The notes under the pieces were generated by a model. The model was not told where the DNA came from. It saw only the letters and a list, made by a program, of their open reading frames with translations, and did no database searches. From Fibrobacterales bacterium (GTDB lineage: Bacteria > Fibrobacterota > Fibrobacteria > Fibrobacterales > JAOPTW01): a stretch of 64,000 nt of DNA. The translations under genes and the position numbers were made by a program. Below, one piece after another: positions 1 through 10,216 of the stretch. Where the stretch lies: the NCBI GenBank assembly GCA_051532035.1, contig JAOPTW010000015.1, positions 128,001 through 192,000 on the forward strand, given 5' to 3'. The first letter of the stretch is position 1. Each line of letters starts with the position of its first letter.

Positions 1-329
1 CTCCAACAGACACCTTTTATAATATAGTTCCTATCATTCTCGCCCTCTTTTACCTTTATGGAGTAACCTTCAGTATATACAACCGTTTGAGGAAGGTCAT
101 CCTGAGAATCACTGGATTCACCTTCTTCTGAGGAAAGACCCTGCTCTACTGAGCTATTCTCTCTTACTTCACTTGATTCGTCATAAACCAAAGATGACGC
201 ATCATCAGACAGTGATGCGTCACTACTTGAATCCACAGTAACATTTTTATCAGCATTATTAGGTAGGCATCCCACGACACTCACCACGATTATCGTACAT
301 AATCCCACTATCGATACATTCATTTTCAT
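1..329 (-). CDS. N-terminal part of a lipoprotein with Ser-rich linker, possibly a glycoside hydrolase (runs off the window edge)
   Basis: Manual translation from ATG at 329: MKMNVSIVGLCTIIVVSVVGC-LPNNADKNVTVDSSSDASLSDDASS...RNYIIKGVCW. Lipobox VVGC. IKGVCW resembles the first strand of GH2/GH5-like TIM barrels. Not in the ORF track. Confidence 0.65.
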   Translation of the reverse strand, partial: MKMNVSIVGLCTIIVVSVVGCLPNNADKNVTVDSSSDASLSDDASSLVYDESSEVRENSSVEQGLSSEEGESSDSQDDLPQTVVYTEGYSIKVKEGENDRNYIIKGVCW

Positions 330-472
330 CTCTAATTCACACATTCTTAACCCACGAGCCTTTAAAATAGGTACTCGTATCCCAATATGTATTCTCGTAT
401 AACGATTTTTAAGAACCAACAGCACTATCTGTTCAAATAGTGCTGTTAAAAAGAAAGTATGTAAGAGCAGCC

Positions 473-2035
473 CTAAATATAGCGATCTATCATACCCATC
501 AATTGTTGGATAGATATTGGTTTTGGCAGAAAATCTGAAAATCCCGCATTGGTGATCGCCTCTTTATCGCTAACATGAGTAAAGGCAGTCTGGGCTATTA
601 TGGGGAGTGTACCATGATCAATGCGAATACGTTTAGTCGCCTCTATTCCGTCCATTATTGGCATTTTAACATCCATTAATACCAATTCAACATCGGCATT
701 CTGAGCAATATACTCGACTGCCTCAAGGCCATTACGGGCAGTTATGACCTCATAAGAGTCTTCAAGCACTGCATCAATAAACCTTAAGTTCAACTCTTCA
801 TCATCAACGACAAGTACTCTCTTTTTTACAGGCATCTCATTCAATGACACTGGTTGAGCACGTTTAAACACTTCCACTTCCGGAGATATATTCGAAATAG
901 GCTTCACAATAGGGATGGTAAATGCAAAAGTACTTCCCGCCCCCTCTTCTGAATCACAACTGAGCTCCCCTCCAAGTAACCTTACCAATGCATGGGAAAC
1001 CGCAAGACCAAGCCCTGTTCCACTATCTTCGCAATACTCATTTTTAATTTTGTGAAATCGGTTAAAAATATTTTTACTGTTTACCTTGCTAATTCCTACA
1101 CCGGTATCACGCACATAACATTCAAGCCCCACTTCAGTCACTCGACAACCCAATTCCACAGAACCATGAGGAGTATTTTTTATGGCATTGTCAAGAAGGT
1201 TTACCAACACTTTTTGGAGTCTATCTGGGTCAGTAACCACAGTTGGGATAGTATTAGGCTCTGGCATTTTTAATGACAGAGAAATGGCATGTGGATCAAT
1301 ACGGTAGCGAGTCTGTTGCTCATACACCGAAGTAAACAGCTCTGTGATATCAGCATGATCAATAACCAATTTCATCTGTTCTGAATCGATCTCAGCCATA
1401 TCAACCACATTAGAGACCATATTCTGTAACCGGGCTCCACCTAAATAGATATTTTTAACATACTCTTGGTTGTACTCACCTGTTTTGTTGAGCAGTTCAG
1501 AAAAACCTAGAATCGAATTAAGGGGGGTATTGATTTCATGAGATATATTTTTAAGAAATGCCGATTTGACTCTATCAGCAGTTTCAGCAGCATTTTTTGC
1601 ACTTTTAAGTTCTTGCTCAATTTTGACCTGTTCAGTAATATCGTGATCTATTCCAAACAATTTTACTGGTTCATCATTACAATACTCCGCACAACCAACA
1701 CACAAAAAATGTACAATTTCACCATCTGTCCTGACAATTCTAAAAGTCATCGGCTCAACAACACCACTACTAATCCCATTAGTTATGGTATCATTTACCA
1801 ACCCTCGATCTTCTGGGTAGACCATTGAGGCCATAACATCAGCAAGGTTTTTTGCAGTGGAGGGGTCAATCTGCAACATTTTGAAAAGTTGATCCGACCA
1901 AGTAAGAACCCCTGTCTTTAAATCCATCGACCAGTGCCCAATACCGGAAATTTCTTGGGCTCTCTTATAGAGTGTAACTTCACTCTCTAAGTCAGCTATT
2001 TTTTTTAGGAGTATCTCTTGGTCTTCAGGATTCAT
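473..2035 (-). CDS. PAS-domain hybrid sensor histidine kinase/response regulator
   Basis: PAS (GHWSMDL..LTWSD), H-box NISHEINTPLNSILG, N-box NLLDNAIK, G-boxes DTGVGI and GTGLGL, receiver VLVVDD..LMDVKMP..FLPKP. Confidence 0.95.
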   Translation of the reverse strand: MNPEDQEILLKKIADLESEVTLYKRAQEISGIGHWSMDLKTGVLTWSDQLFKMLQIDPSTAKNLADVMASMVYPEDRGLVNDTITNGISSGVVEPMTFRIVRTDGEIVHFLCVGCAEYCNDEPVKLFGIDHDITEQVKIEQELKSAKNAAETADRVKSAFLKNISHEINTPLNSILGFSELLNKTGEYNQEYVKNIYLGGARLQNMVSNVVDMAEIDSEQMKLVIDHADITELFTSVYEQQTRYRIDPHAISLSLKMPEPNTIPTVVTDPDRLQKVLVNLLDNAIKNTPHGSVELGCRVTEVGLECYVRDTGVGISKVNSKNIFNRFHKIKNEYCEDSGTGLGLAVSHALVRLLGGELSCDSEEGAGSTFAFTIPIVKPISNISPEVEVFKRAQPVSLNEMPVKKRVLVVDDEELNLRFIDAVLEDSYEVITARNGLEAVEYIAQNADVELVLMDVKMPIMDGIEATKRIRIDHGTLPIIAQTAFTHVSDKEAITNAGFSDFLPKPISIQQLMGMIDRYI

Positions 2036-2133
2036 CAATCACGCTCGCGCTTACATTTAACACTCTATATATAACAATTGTCTAACTATTAATCACAAAT
2101 AGCAATACTATTTCTCCCTTTCTGCTATCACCA

Positions 2134-3186
2134 TCATTCATTACTCAATTTGAACCAATTCACCCATAACACCAGGTCATCATCCTCGCTTACAAAATAG
2201 AGCTTTTTTATATGATTGAGTTCAAAACCATCACTTCCATTTATAGGGAACGCATCATCCATCCAGTCAGAAAGCCCCGTTTTAGGGAGTACTATCACAA
2301 TCTCTCGGTCGTGTATATCTATCAAGTTCAAGGATACCGGCCCCGATGTTCGATACGAGATATTAAGGACCCAGTTCTCATCAATTGCTATACCACCGGG
2401 TTGAGTCAAGTCAAACCCATACTGCCCAGTCGCAGATAAATTCACCCTTATGCAATTATTTTCCGTAACAATTGAAGTATCCTCAACACCTTTTTGTAAA
2501 TCAATTATGAATTGAGGCATAAAATACCCTGGAAGTATAAGGTTTTCGCAAAAACCATACCCCTCAACCTTTTCAGTCTCCTTTGTATCAATATTGAGAT
2601 ATCCCATAAATTGAGGCTCAGCACTTTCAACAACTACATCAATTATGGCATTTCCCATTGTATCGACGAATTGATACTCTCCTTGCGGCATATGTGACGC
2701 CGTAAAAGTAGCGTGCACAGAATCAATTATAGGCTGAACAAATGAGTTTCTTATGGTAAACTCCTGAACCCCACCACTTAAGATGCCCGATACCGAACCC
2801 AATGGAAGGAGAGAAACAGTATCCATTTGGGTTACACTCCCTTGCGTGACCTCAACCGTTGAGAGTATACCATCAGACTCATCAGCCACCTGCACCACCC
2901 ACTCACCAGGCTGCAAGGAATCGAGATGGTAGAAGCCAGCGGTATCAGTTATTGCGCTTTGCGCACAATCAGACACGCGAGAACATGAGTCACTTGATGC
3001 ATACAAGACTGTGGCCTCTGAGACTGGTGAGCCACCTTTAAAAGCAATTCCAGAAATAGAAGCAACCTGTTCGGCATTACCTGCTTCGGTACCCACAAAA
3101 TCTGGCTCCTTTGTACAGTGTAACAGCGCACTCGCCAACAGTACTCCAATTAAACATACCCAATAACGATTACCAATACTTCCCAT
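2134..3186 (-). CDS. Putative lipoprotein with carboxypeptidase-regulatory-like domain and C-terminal CBM-like beta-sandwich
   Basis: Likely start ATG at 3186 (MGSIGNRYW..LLHC), 1 nt after the TIGR02147 stop. Motif TDTAGFYHLDSLQPGEW. The ORF-track extension to 3426 overlaps the upstream gene. Confidence 0.7.
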   Translation of the reverse strand: MGSIGNRYWVCLIGVLLASALLHCTKEPDFVGTEAGNAEQVASISGIAFKGGSPVSEATVLYASSDSCSRVSDCAQSAITDTAGFYHLDSLQPGEWVVQVADESDGILSTVEVTQGSVTQMDTVSLLPLGSVSGILSGGVQEFTIRNSFVQPIIDSVHATFTASHMPQGEYQFVDTMGNAIIDVVVESAEPQFMGYLNIDTKETEKVEGYGFCENLILPGYFMPQFIIDLQKGVEDTSIVTENNCIRVNLSATGQYGFDLTQPGGIAIDENWVLNISYRTSGPVSLNLIDIHDREIVIVLPKTGLSDWMDDAFPINGSDGFELNHIKKLYFVSEDDDLVLWVNWFKLSNE

Positions 3187-3187
3187 A

Positions 3188-4030
3188 TTACCACCCACCT
3201 TTTTTACTATCAATCTCTTTCGAGATGGGAAAAAACTGCATATTACATTGATAGAGTACACTCGTATCAGTTTGATCAGATTCAGCGAGATCGAGAATAT
3301 ATTTCCGAAACTCCTGCATCTCTTTTTTAATTCTTTCAAACATTTCTTGAGAAGCCGAAAAAGATATGGAAGAAATATCCCTCTCTGCCACAGGCATAAT
3401 CGCCAATGCTTCTTTTGCAAAATCAATCATTATATTTTGGAACCCCACAACACTTGTGGAACGAATCTCATTTTTAGAACTTATAAGTGCGTCGACACCA
3501 TGATATTTTCCTTTTGGATCACGCTCAATAAAACCACCTAATTCAAGGAAATAGACCGCTTCCCGCGCCTCTTTCATAGTAATTGCAGGGCGAAGAGATT
3601 GACTTAATGCTTTAAAGTCCTCCAAAAATGGGCGCAGCATGATGAGCTCTCGAATCGCTACAAAATACCAATGCGAGAAAAGGTTCAACTCCACCCCTTC
3701 AAGGTCTTTATACTTAACGGTCTGAACATCTTGAATAATCTCGTAGTTACTCTGCTTATCAGCACTATTTCTTGCCTGATCATATCCTACCAGTGCCTTA
3801 AAATATCGAGCTTCCATTTTTGAATGAGACAACACTACAGATAATTTTTCCACCTGTGAAGGATTAAGGTTTTTTTTTGCCGACAGAACATTTGACAGAA
3901 AACCAGAAGAACTTACCCCAAGCTCTATCATCACCCTCTTTTGACTAAACTGAGGGTCAACAGCTCTTAATACCTTAAAGTGATCTTTAAGGTATATGCG
4001 ATAATTAGAGTAGTGATAAATTGTATCCAT
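3188..4030 (-). CDS. TIGR02147 family protein (N-terminal HTH-like region + DUF4423)
   Basis: IYHYSNYRIYLKD, SSSGFLSNVL, WYFVAIREL, ERDISSISF and YQCNMQFFP are characteristic of this Fibrobacter-expanded family. Confidence 0.9.
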   Translation of the reverse strand: MDTIYHYSNYRIYLKDHFKVLRAVDPQFSQKRVMIELGVSSSGFLSNVLSAKKNLNPSQVEKLSVVLSHSKMEARYFKALVGYDQARNSADKQSNYEIIQDVQTVKYKDLEGVELNLFSHWYFVAIRELIMLRPFLEDFKALSQSLRPAITMKEAREAVYFLELGGFIERDPKGKYHGVDALISSKNEIRSTSVVGFQNIMIDFAKEALAIMPVAERDISSISFSASQEMFERIKKEMQEFRKYILDLAESDQTDTSVLYQCNMQFFPISKEIDSKKGGW

Positions 4031-4225
4031 GTGACTCCTTAAGTCAAATCTAATTCCTTACATAGTATTATCATAAAACTTCCTTTACATTTTCAATAAT
4101 TTGCCAATATTTTACAAATAATACTATTTAAGAGATCAAAACTTCCTTTTACTACGTAAAAATGAATATAATATTCCAGACCTCTCCCCCCTTCCATTAG
4201 GGAATCCCAATGCTATATTTTGTCT

Positions 4226-4834
4226 ATGAAACCATATTCAATAATTGCACACCCTACTACTATTGAGCAAGAGATCAAAAAGAGTCGATTTATTGCACAC
4301 GCCCACCCTGTTCTATCAAAAGAAGAGGCCCTCTCTTTTATAGGATCTATAAAAGAGCGCCACAAAACTGCAACGCACAATTGTTGGGCTTATATAGCGG
4401 GTAACCCTCAAGGGTCGCACCTCGGTATGAGTGATGATGGAGAGCCACAAGGCACTGCAGGGCGCCCAATGTTGAGTTACCTTCAGAATCGTAAAATTGG
4501 TGATATTGCGGTAGTAGTCACCCGCTATTCGAGTGGTATAAAACTAGGCACGGGAGGCTTGGTACGCGCCTACACTGGGGCAACTCAAGAAGTTATTGAA
4601 TCAGGCTCTCCCACTATTAAGGTAGACCTTTCTGAGTTCACCTGCTCATATGCCTACACCTTTGATGAGCACATCAGACGAATTATTGCAGACTTCAACG
4701 CGCAGGTAATTAACGCTGATTATAGTGACCGTGTAGTACTCACAATCCTTACACCCTCTGAGACACTAGAAACGCTATTAAGTACCATTACCAGGGAGAC
4801 CAATGGCTCCGCCCTTTTAGATGTGAATATTTAA
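4226..4834 (+). CDS. yigZ: YigZ/IMPACT family protein
   Basis: IKKSRFI, ATHNCWAY, SDDGEPQGTAGRPM, GIKLGTGGLVRAY. Confidence 0.95.
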   Translation: MKPYSIIAHPTTIEQEIKKSRFIAHAHPVLSKEEALSFIGSIKERHKTATHNCWAYIAGNPQGSHLGMSDDGEPQGTAGRPMLSYLQNRKIGDIAVVVTRYSSGIKLGTGGLVRAYTGATQEVIESGSPTIKVDLSEFTCSYAYTFDEHIRRIIADFNAQVINADYSDRVVLTILTPSETLETLLSTITRETNGSALLDVNI

Positions 4835-4848
4835 TGAAAACGAAAACG

Positions 4849-4879
4849 AAAAAAAGCAATAGTGTATAACACTATTGCT
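4849..4879 (-). terminator. Intrinsic terminator of rpsT
   Basis: Hairpin AGCAATAGTGT-ata-ACACTATTGCT followed by a T-run on the minus strand. Confidence 0.8.
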
Positions 4880-4905
4880 CAAACTTCAAAAACTGCGCTC
4901 AAATA

Positions 4906-5166
4906 CTATGCGTAAGAGTTTAAAACTTTTTGAATTTTAGATTTGTAATTACCAGCACGGTTTTTGGTAAAACCTGCAAGGTGTTTACGAGCCGCTTTGT
5001 CAAGAAGGCTAAAAATTCTTGGTACTTCTTTCTCAACTACTTCTTTCTTATCAGTAGTACGGATCAATTTCAAACTAGTTCTGATAGTAGAACGGGCAGC
5101 TTTATTGCGAGCAGTTTCTTTTACACTCGTTCTGAGTCTTTTCTTACATGACTTATGATGTGGCAC
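4906..5166 (-). CDS. rpsT: 30S ribosomal protein S20
   Basis: MPHHKSCKKRLRTS..RNKAARSTIRT..LDKAA..KNRA; 86 aa, basic. Confidence 0.95.
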   Translation of the reverse strand: MPHHKSCKKRLRTSVKETARNKAARSTIRTSLKLIRTTDKKEVVEKEVPRIFSLLDKAARKHLAGFTKNRAGNYKSKIQKVLNSYA

Positions 5167-5193
5167 TCGGCTACTCCATTTTTAAATTCAAGA

Positions 5194-5224
5194 CAAATGT
5201 ACTAATTTCTTATTTCTCTTGCAA
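5194..5224 (-). promoter_or_regulatory. Putative promoter TTG-N20-TACATTTG upstream of rpsT
   Basis: Matches the Bacteroidetes-type -33/-7 arrangement about 28 nt before the start. Confidence 0.55.
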
Positions 5225-5317
5225 TCCACTGAAGTAATAATTTGATTTAATTTTCAATTTTTTACAAAATCAACTAGCTTAGAGCCTTCAAGCCCCGCTA
5301 TCTCACCTCAAATAACT

Positions 5318-6001
5318 CTAGAGCCAATGGCGTATTTCCATAAAAAGCAAGCCAATCACACGATACACCGGCGAAAAGATCAGACTAAAAAGCCCGCCAC
5401 CCTCGAACATAAACTCAGAAACGAGCATTATCATGAGAGGAATATACCCAATTTTATAGAGAATTTGGTTCACCACTATTCTAAACCTCTTAGGAAGAAA
5501 AAATGGATACACTTTACTACCATCAAGGGGAACAAAAGGGAGCATATTAAAAATAAAAAGAGAAATATTACACCAAGCACCAACAACGAGGACCCTACTC
5601 AAGAGCTCCATCCACTGAGTATCAATAGAAAGCCCCGTCTGGAATACAACATTTAACAACCCATACAGTACAAATACAACAGCTGCTAAAAAGAGGTTTG
5701 CCAAAGGCCCTGCAACAGAGATCAACATGGAGTCACGCTCCCATCGCTTCAAATTATATGGGTTGATAGGAACAGGCTTTGCCCAACCGATACCAACTCC
5801 TGCAAAAGATATAATGAGTAAAAAGAGCGTCCCCATAGGATCAAGATGATTTAATGGATTCAAACTGACCCGACCTTGCTCATATGCTGTTGAATCACCC
5901 AATTTATAGGCAACCCATGCATGAGCCCATTCATGAAAGCTTAATGAGACAACCAGTACTAAAAAAAAGATTACCCCACGACGAATAAGCTCTAAATCCA
6001 T
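5318..6001 (-). CDS. Site-2 protease, peptidase M50 family
   Basis: HEWAH, NPLNHLDP, GWAKPVP, AGPLAN, FNMLPFVPLDG. Likely ATG at 6001. Confidence 0.93.
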   Translation of the reverse strand: MDLELIRRGVIFFLVLVVSLSFHEWAHAWVAYKLGDSTAYEQGRVSLNPLNHLDPMGTLFLLIISFAGVGIGWAKPVPINPYNLKRWERDSMLISVAGPLANLFLAAVVFVLYGLLNVVFQTGLSIDTQWMELLSRVLVVGAWCNISLFIFNMLPFVPLDGSKVYPFFLPKRFRIVVNQILYKIGYIPLMIMLVSEFMFEGGGLFSLIFSPVYRVIGLLFMEIRHWL

Positions 6002-6002
6002 A

Positions 6003-6782
6003 TTAATAGGCCTCAAAAGGGGTTACAGTGAGGGTTGCGCTATTATAGTGATGCTCATCACGGGTATTCATCTGGTACACATTGCGGCCCGCAAACTTCA
6101 CAACTGCATGCCCCGCGGCAATATCCCACTCTTTCAAAGGAGCCATACGAGGATACAAGTCTGCAGTCCCTTCGGCAACAGTACAGAACTTAAGAGAAGA
6201 ACCTACTGTCAGTGGTGATACATTAGCTAAGTGTGCAATATAGTCATCTATTTCAGGCTCTCTATGAGACTTACTCAATAAAGTAATAAGTCCAGATACC
6301 TCAGAAGGCTTCCCATCAATAACCTGAGGCGGCTTCAGGAAGTGTTCACCCTTACTATCGAGTAACACTGAACCGACCCCTTCGGCACTATAATAATGCT
6401 TATCGAGAGCTGGAGCCACTACAACCCCAAGAACTACCTCGGTGCCCCGAATCAAGGCAATATTGATAGTAAACTCATCTTCTCTTTTGGAAAACTCTTT
6501 TGTTCCATCAATGGGATCAACGAGCCAAAAATAGTCCCACTCTTTACGTACATCATAAGAAGCAATATCTCCCTCTTCGGAGACTATTGGTATTGAAGGC
6601 CACTTTTTATTGAGTTCTGAAGTAATATAATTATGTGCCGCGACATCTGCTGAGGTGAGAGGTGACTCATCCTCTTTGTAGGTTACCTCAAATTCTGAAT
6701 GATAGTAATCCATGACAAGAATAGCAGCCGTAGTAGCAATAGCATTAACCCCCTGAAGCATAGACTTCGGAGTGAATTCCAT
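6003..6782 (-). CDS. cysQ: 3'(2'),5'-bisphosphate nucleotidase CysQ
   Basis: SPLTSAD, SEE, WLVDPIDGTKEF, GSSLKFC, EWDIAAGHAV. Confidence 0.93.
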   Translation of the reverse strand: MEFTPKSMLQGVNAIATTAAILVMDYYHSEFEVTYKEDESPLTSADVAAHNYITSELNKKWPSIPIVSEEGDIASYDVRKEWDYFWLVDPIDGTKEFSKREDEFTINIALIRGTEVVLGVVVAPALDKHYYSAEGVGSVLLDSKGEHFLKPPQVIDGKPSEVSGLITLLSKSHREPEIDDYIAHLANVSPLTVGSSLKFCTVAEGTADLYPRMAPLKEWDIAAGHAVVKFAGRNVYQMNTRDEHHYNSATLTVTPFEAY

Positions 6783-8020
6783 TATTTGAGGCTCTCAATC
6801 CAAGAATAACTTTCGAGGGTGGCAGAAACCAGATCTTCATTGTTGATGTTGAGTTTTTCCAAGATCTCTTTAACACGATCTAAGTCATACTGCTCTGAAG
6901 AGAGGATCAGTTCTAGTACCACACCAAGCTCACCATCTTTGTCGAGAATCGCTGTCGATATTTCTTTGGTCACATTGAGTTCTTCGAGTATTTCATTGAT
7001 ACTTACATGGAGTAACGCATCGAGCTGTGAAAGCATTCCCACAAGAAATGCTCTATCGAGAAGTTCTTGACTCGCTTTTTTATGGATGCGCTTATAGAGA
7101 AGTTCCATACTTTTAGCACGCTGACTCGCTGTAATAAAGAGTGGGTTAGCCCCAGTCTCTCCCCTATACGATTTCGCATAGAGCATAATATAGAGCCACT
7201 GAAGAATACGTTTTTCTCCCAATAGAGCAAGAGCCTGCCGTACAGACTGAATGTCGTTTCCTCTTGAAAGCGCTGCAGAGTTCACATATTTAAAAAGTGA
7301 GAAAGTAAGATCGGGATACTTTTTGAACTCATTTTCGATCAATTCAATTTCGGCCCCTTGCTGTAAGAGTCGTACGAGGTCGAGAACAGCGATCTCTTTA
7401 TGATCAATATGTTTGCCTTTAATAATAACAGGTTTCGCAAAGAAGAAGCCTTGGAAGAGGTCGAACCCCATTTCCTTGCACTGTTCAAACACTTCGAGTG
7501 TTTCAACTTTCTCTGCGAGAAGCTCTACCCCTTTATCCTTAAAAATTCCGAGCTTACCGGCAAGTGAGCTCATATCATTCAGCATTATATCGATTTTCAC
7601 TATCGATATCAGATCTAAAAGGGGTGCAAATTTTTTGAGATTTTCATCGTTCACTACAAAATCATCGAGGGCAAATACATACCCTTCATTCTTCATTTTA
7701 GTCACTTCAACGATGAAATCATCTGATATTTCAGTAGTCTCTAGAAATTCAAAAACAAATTTAGTCCGATCAAATGGTTCGAAAATATTTTTCTCAATGA
7801 TCTTCTCATTGATATTCACAAAGCCCAATTTATCACCAAGTACTCGGTTGACACCTATTGAACTCAGAACGGTTACCATTACTCGTGAAGTCGCAAGTAC
7901 ATCATCATCGAAACGAGCGGTATTATCATCGAGACTATCTCGAAAAAGGAGTTCATAAGCAATAATCTCTTGCTCACCATTCAGAATGGGTTGTCTACCA
8001 ATAAATACATTTTTGTTCAT
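6782..8020 (-). CDS. EAL + HDOD domain protein (YuxH/PdeH-like c-di-GMP phosphodiesterase)
   Basis: Start MNKNVFIGRQPI. Motifs YELLFR, FALDDF, LAEKVET, FQGFFF. HDOD region KYVNSAA..IQSVRQALALLG..AFLVGMLS. Confidence 0.9.
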   Translation of the reverse strand: MNKNVFIGRQPILNGEQEIIAYELLFRDSLDDNTARFDDDVLATSRVMVTVLSSIGVNRVLGDKLGFVNINEKIIEKNIFEPFDRTKFVFEFLETTEISDDFIVEVTKMKNEGYVFALDDFVVNDENLKKFAPLLDLISIVKIDIMLNDMSSLAGKLGIFKDKGVELLAEKVETLEVFEQCKEMGFDLFQGFFFAKPVIIKGKHIDHKEIAVLDLVRLLQQGAEIELIENEFKKYPDLTFSLFKYVNSAALSRGNDIQSVRQALALLGEKRILQWLYIMLYAKSYRGETGANPLFITASQRAKSMELLYKRIHKKASQELLDRAFLVGMLSQLDALLHVSINEILEELNVTKEISTAILDKDGELGVVLELILSSEQYDLDRVKEILEKLNINNEDLVSATLESYSWIESLK

Positions 8021-8153
8021 AAACGGTGTTAGACCCTGATATACTGCTAAAGTGTCATTATAGAATAATAACACCTTTTGTACTACTCTGAGCCGATTAT
8101 TTTTGATATTTTTACATAAATACTCTGATTTCAATAGAAACACTGAAGGCCGT

Positions 8154-10190
8154 ATGCGCTTCACCAATAAACATGTTATATACCTCTTTTTACTTTCAAT
8201 ATTATTGCCTACCTGTATATTGGCATTTTTAAGTATTAGAAGTATCACACAAGAGGTAGTCCTCATTGAAAACAAAGAGTACGATCAACTCAAAGAGTTC
8301 GAATCCGTCACCCGAAATGCCATTCACCATTATCTTGATAACACCTACCGAACCACTGCTCGACTTGCCCTTACCATTCACGACCTCCTCCCTAATCCAG
8401 CACAAAACCCCCAGAACTACTCCTTTGATAAACTTCCTACAGTACAGGGGTTATTTCTCTACTATGCAAATAGCCTTATCTACCCCAACGTCAGCTTTAT
8501 CACCACAACCCAGAACCAACTGTTGTCGGGAGAACTTGACCCATTTGAAAAAGGCTGGCTTACCCCACCTCATACTAAAACTGATCGCATGGCGCTCATT
8601 CGCAAACGAGTCAAACGCTCACAAAACCAGCTCCTCACTCCTTTTCTACAAAAGTACAACGTCGTAGAAATTATTAAGCTCTACGCCCTTATTGGCAATC
8701 ATAGTGGCACGATACGCTATTGCAACAAACTTCTCGAATTCCAGCCTATTCAAGGCCTCTACTCTGGCGACATAACGCCCTGGCTTTGGCTTACTCAATT
8801 TAGAGCCTATATTGCCCTAGGCCGGCACCCCGACGCCATTGAACTCACTAAAAAGATAATTGGACAATATTTTAGAAACCCCAGCACCTACAACATCAAT
8901 CAAATACAATTTTTGCACTCAGAAATTTTTGGAGTACTTCTCTCCTATGAATATCTTACTGTAAGAGATCGAGATTTTTTGTGGAATATTCATATTAACT
9001 GGCAACTCCACACCAATCACACCTACCAATTTATCAAACACCACGAGCTTCTTGCCTCTATGAATACAGGTGGAGAGCAATCCAACTTCGGCATCCGCAG
9101 TCGAGCAGATAGCACTCAAATTTTCATCAAAATTAGCGGCAACTTTACAGGGCATAATCAATCACTTACCGGGCTGTTCGATCGCACCAGTTTCTTTACT
9201 CATATTTTAAGTGCTATCCCCAATACTTTCGCCTCAAAGATTTCATATCGCATCCTCTACGATGGTCAAATTATTCATGCCAACAGCCCAACTCCCGATG
9301 TAGATTTCTATAAGGATATCAGCATTAGTAGCCACCTCCCCAAGCTCCGCCTTCAAATATATAAGACAGGAGAGAGTAAACTTATCGCAATGGCAAATCG
9401 GAAAAAAATATTTCTCTATAGCCTCCTTGCGACATCGATCATCACGCTCATTGTTGGATCGGCAGTAATCATCAGAGGTATTCGACAAGAGAAAAAATTA
9501 CTCTATATGAAGACCAATTTTGTATCGAGTGTTTCCCACGAACTCAAAACACCTATCACCTCTATTAAGATGCTTTCAGAGACACTCAAGACCGGACGAA
9601 TAACTGAAAGCAGTAAAGTTGCTCAATATTCAGGCCTCATTGAGAAAGAGTCAAACCGACTACAAACACTCATTGATGATATTTTACAGTACAGTAACTG
9701 GGAGCAGTCGCCCACAACTCAAATTGTAAGCCCCATAGATCTGAGTAATTTAGTTACCGACATTATCACCCCCTTTGAAACAAGGTGTGCGGCCAAATCA
9801 ATCACTCTGAGCCGAGCTATAGAAGCGTCATCGATCATTGAAGGGAATGAAAAAAGTATTATTAGCGTCATTCAAAACCTTGCAGGAAATGCAATTAAAT
9901 ATACCCCTGAAGGAGGGGCAATACATATAACAGTATCCCATGATGAGAAAGAGGTCTGTTACAGTGTTGAAGATACGGGACCGGGTATCCCTAAAAACGA
10001 ACACCGCAAAATTTTTACAGATTTTTATCGCGTTGGCAACGAGCTCACTAGAACAACAAAAGGGAGTGGACTGGGCCTTGCGATAGTTAAACGAATAACT
10101 GATGCGCACAATGCACGTATTACGGTTGAAAGTAAACCTGGTGCCGGTGCAAAATTCAAAGTATTTTTTAAATATGCACCTCAAGGGTAG
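8154..10190 (+). CDS. Membrane sensor histidine kinase with large periplasmic domain
   Basis: Two TM segments flanking a domain of about 400 aa. SVSHELKTP, NLAGNAIKY, DTGPGI, GSGLGL. Confidence 0.93.
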   Translation: MRFTNKHVIYLFLLSILLPTCILAFLSIRSITQEVVLIENKEYDQLKEFESVTRNAIHHYLDNTYRTTARLALTIHDLLPNPAQNPQNYSFDKLPTVQGLFLYYANSLIYPNVSFITTTQNQLLSGELDPFEKGWLTPPHTKTDRMALIRKRVKRSQNQLLTPFLQKYNVVEIIKLYALIGNHSGTIRYCNKLLEFQPIQGLYSGDITPWLWLTQFRAYIALGRHPDAIELTKKIIGQYFRNPSTYNINQIQFLHSEIFGVLLSYEYLTVRDRDFLWNIHINWQLHTNHTYQFIKHHELLASMNTGGEQSNFGIRSRADSTQIFIKISGNFTGHNQSLTGLFDRTSFFTHILSAIPNTFASKISYRILYDGQIIHANSPTPDVDFYKDISISSHLPKLRLQIYKTGESKLIAMANRKKIFLYSLLATSIITLIVGSAVIIRGIRQEKKLLYMKTNFVSSVSHELKTPITSIKMLSETLKTGRITESSKVAQYSGLIEKESNRLQTLIDDILQYSNWEQSPTTQIVSPIDLSNLVTDIITPFETRCAAKSITLSRAIEASSIIEGNEKSIISVIQNLAGNAIKYTPEGGAIHITVSHDEKEVCYSVEDTGPGIPKNEHRKIFTDFYRVGNELTRTTKGSGLGLAIVKRITDAHNARITVESKPGAGAKFKVFFKYAPQG

Positions 10191-10216
10191 CCACCAATGA
10201 TGCAGAAGGAGAGACC

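Noticed and set aside
2101..2119. 18/19 match AGCAATACTATTT(C/A)TCCCT with 57140-57158
   Set aside because: A short AT-rich match that could arise by chance in 64 kb. There are only two copies and no structure.
8021..8275. ORF-track N-terminal extensions of the EAL/HDOD gene and the kinase that would overlap each other
   Set aside because: Family-typical starts at 8020 and 8154 remove the overlap.
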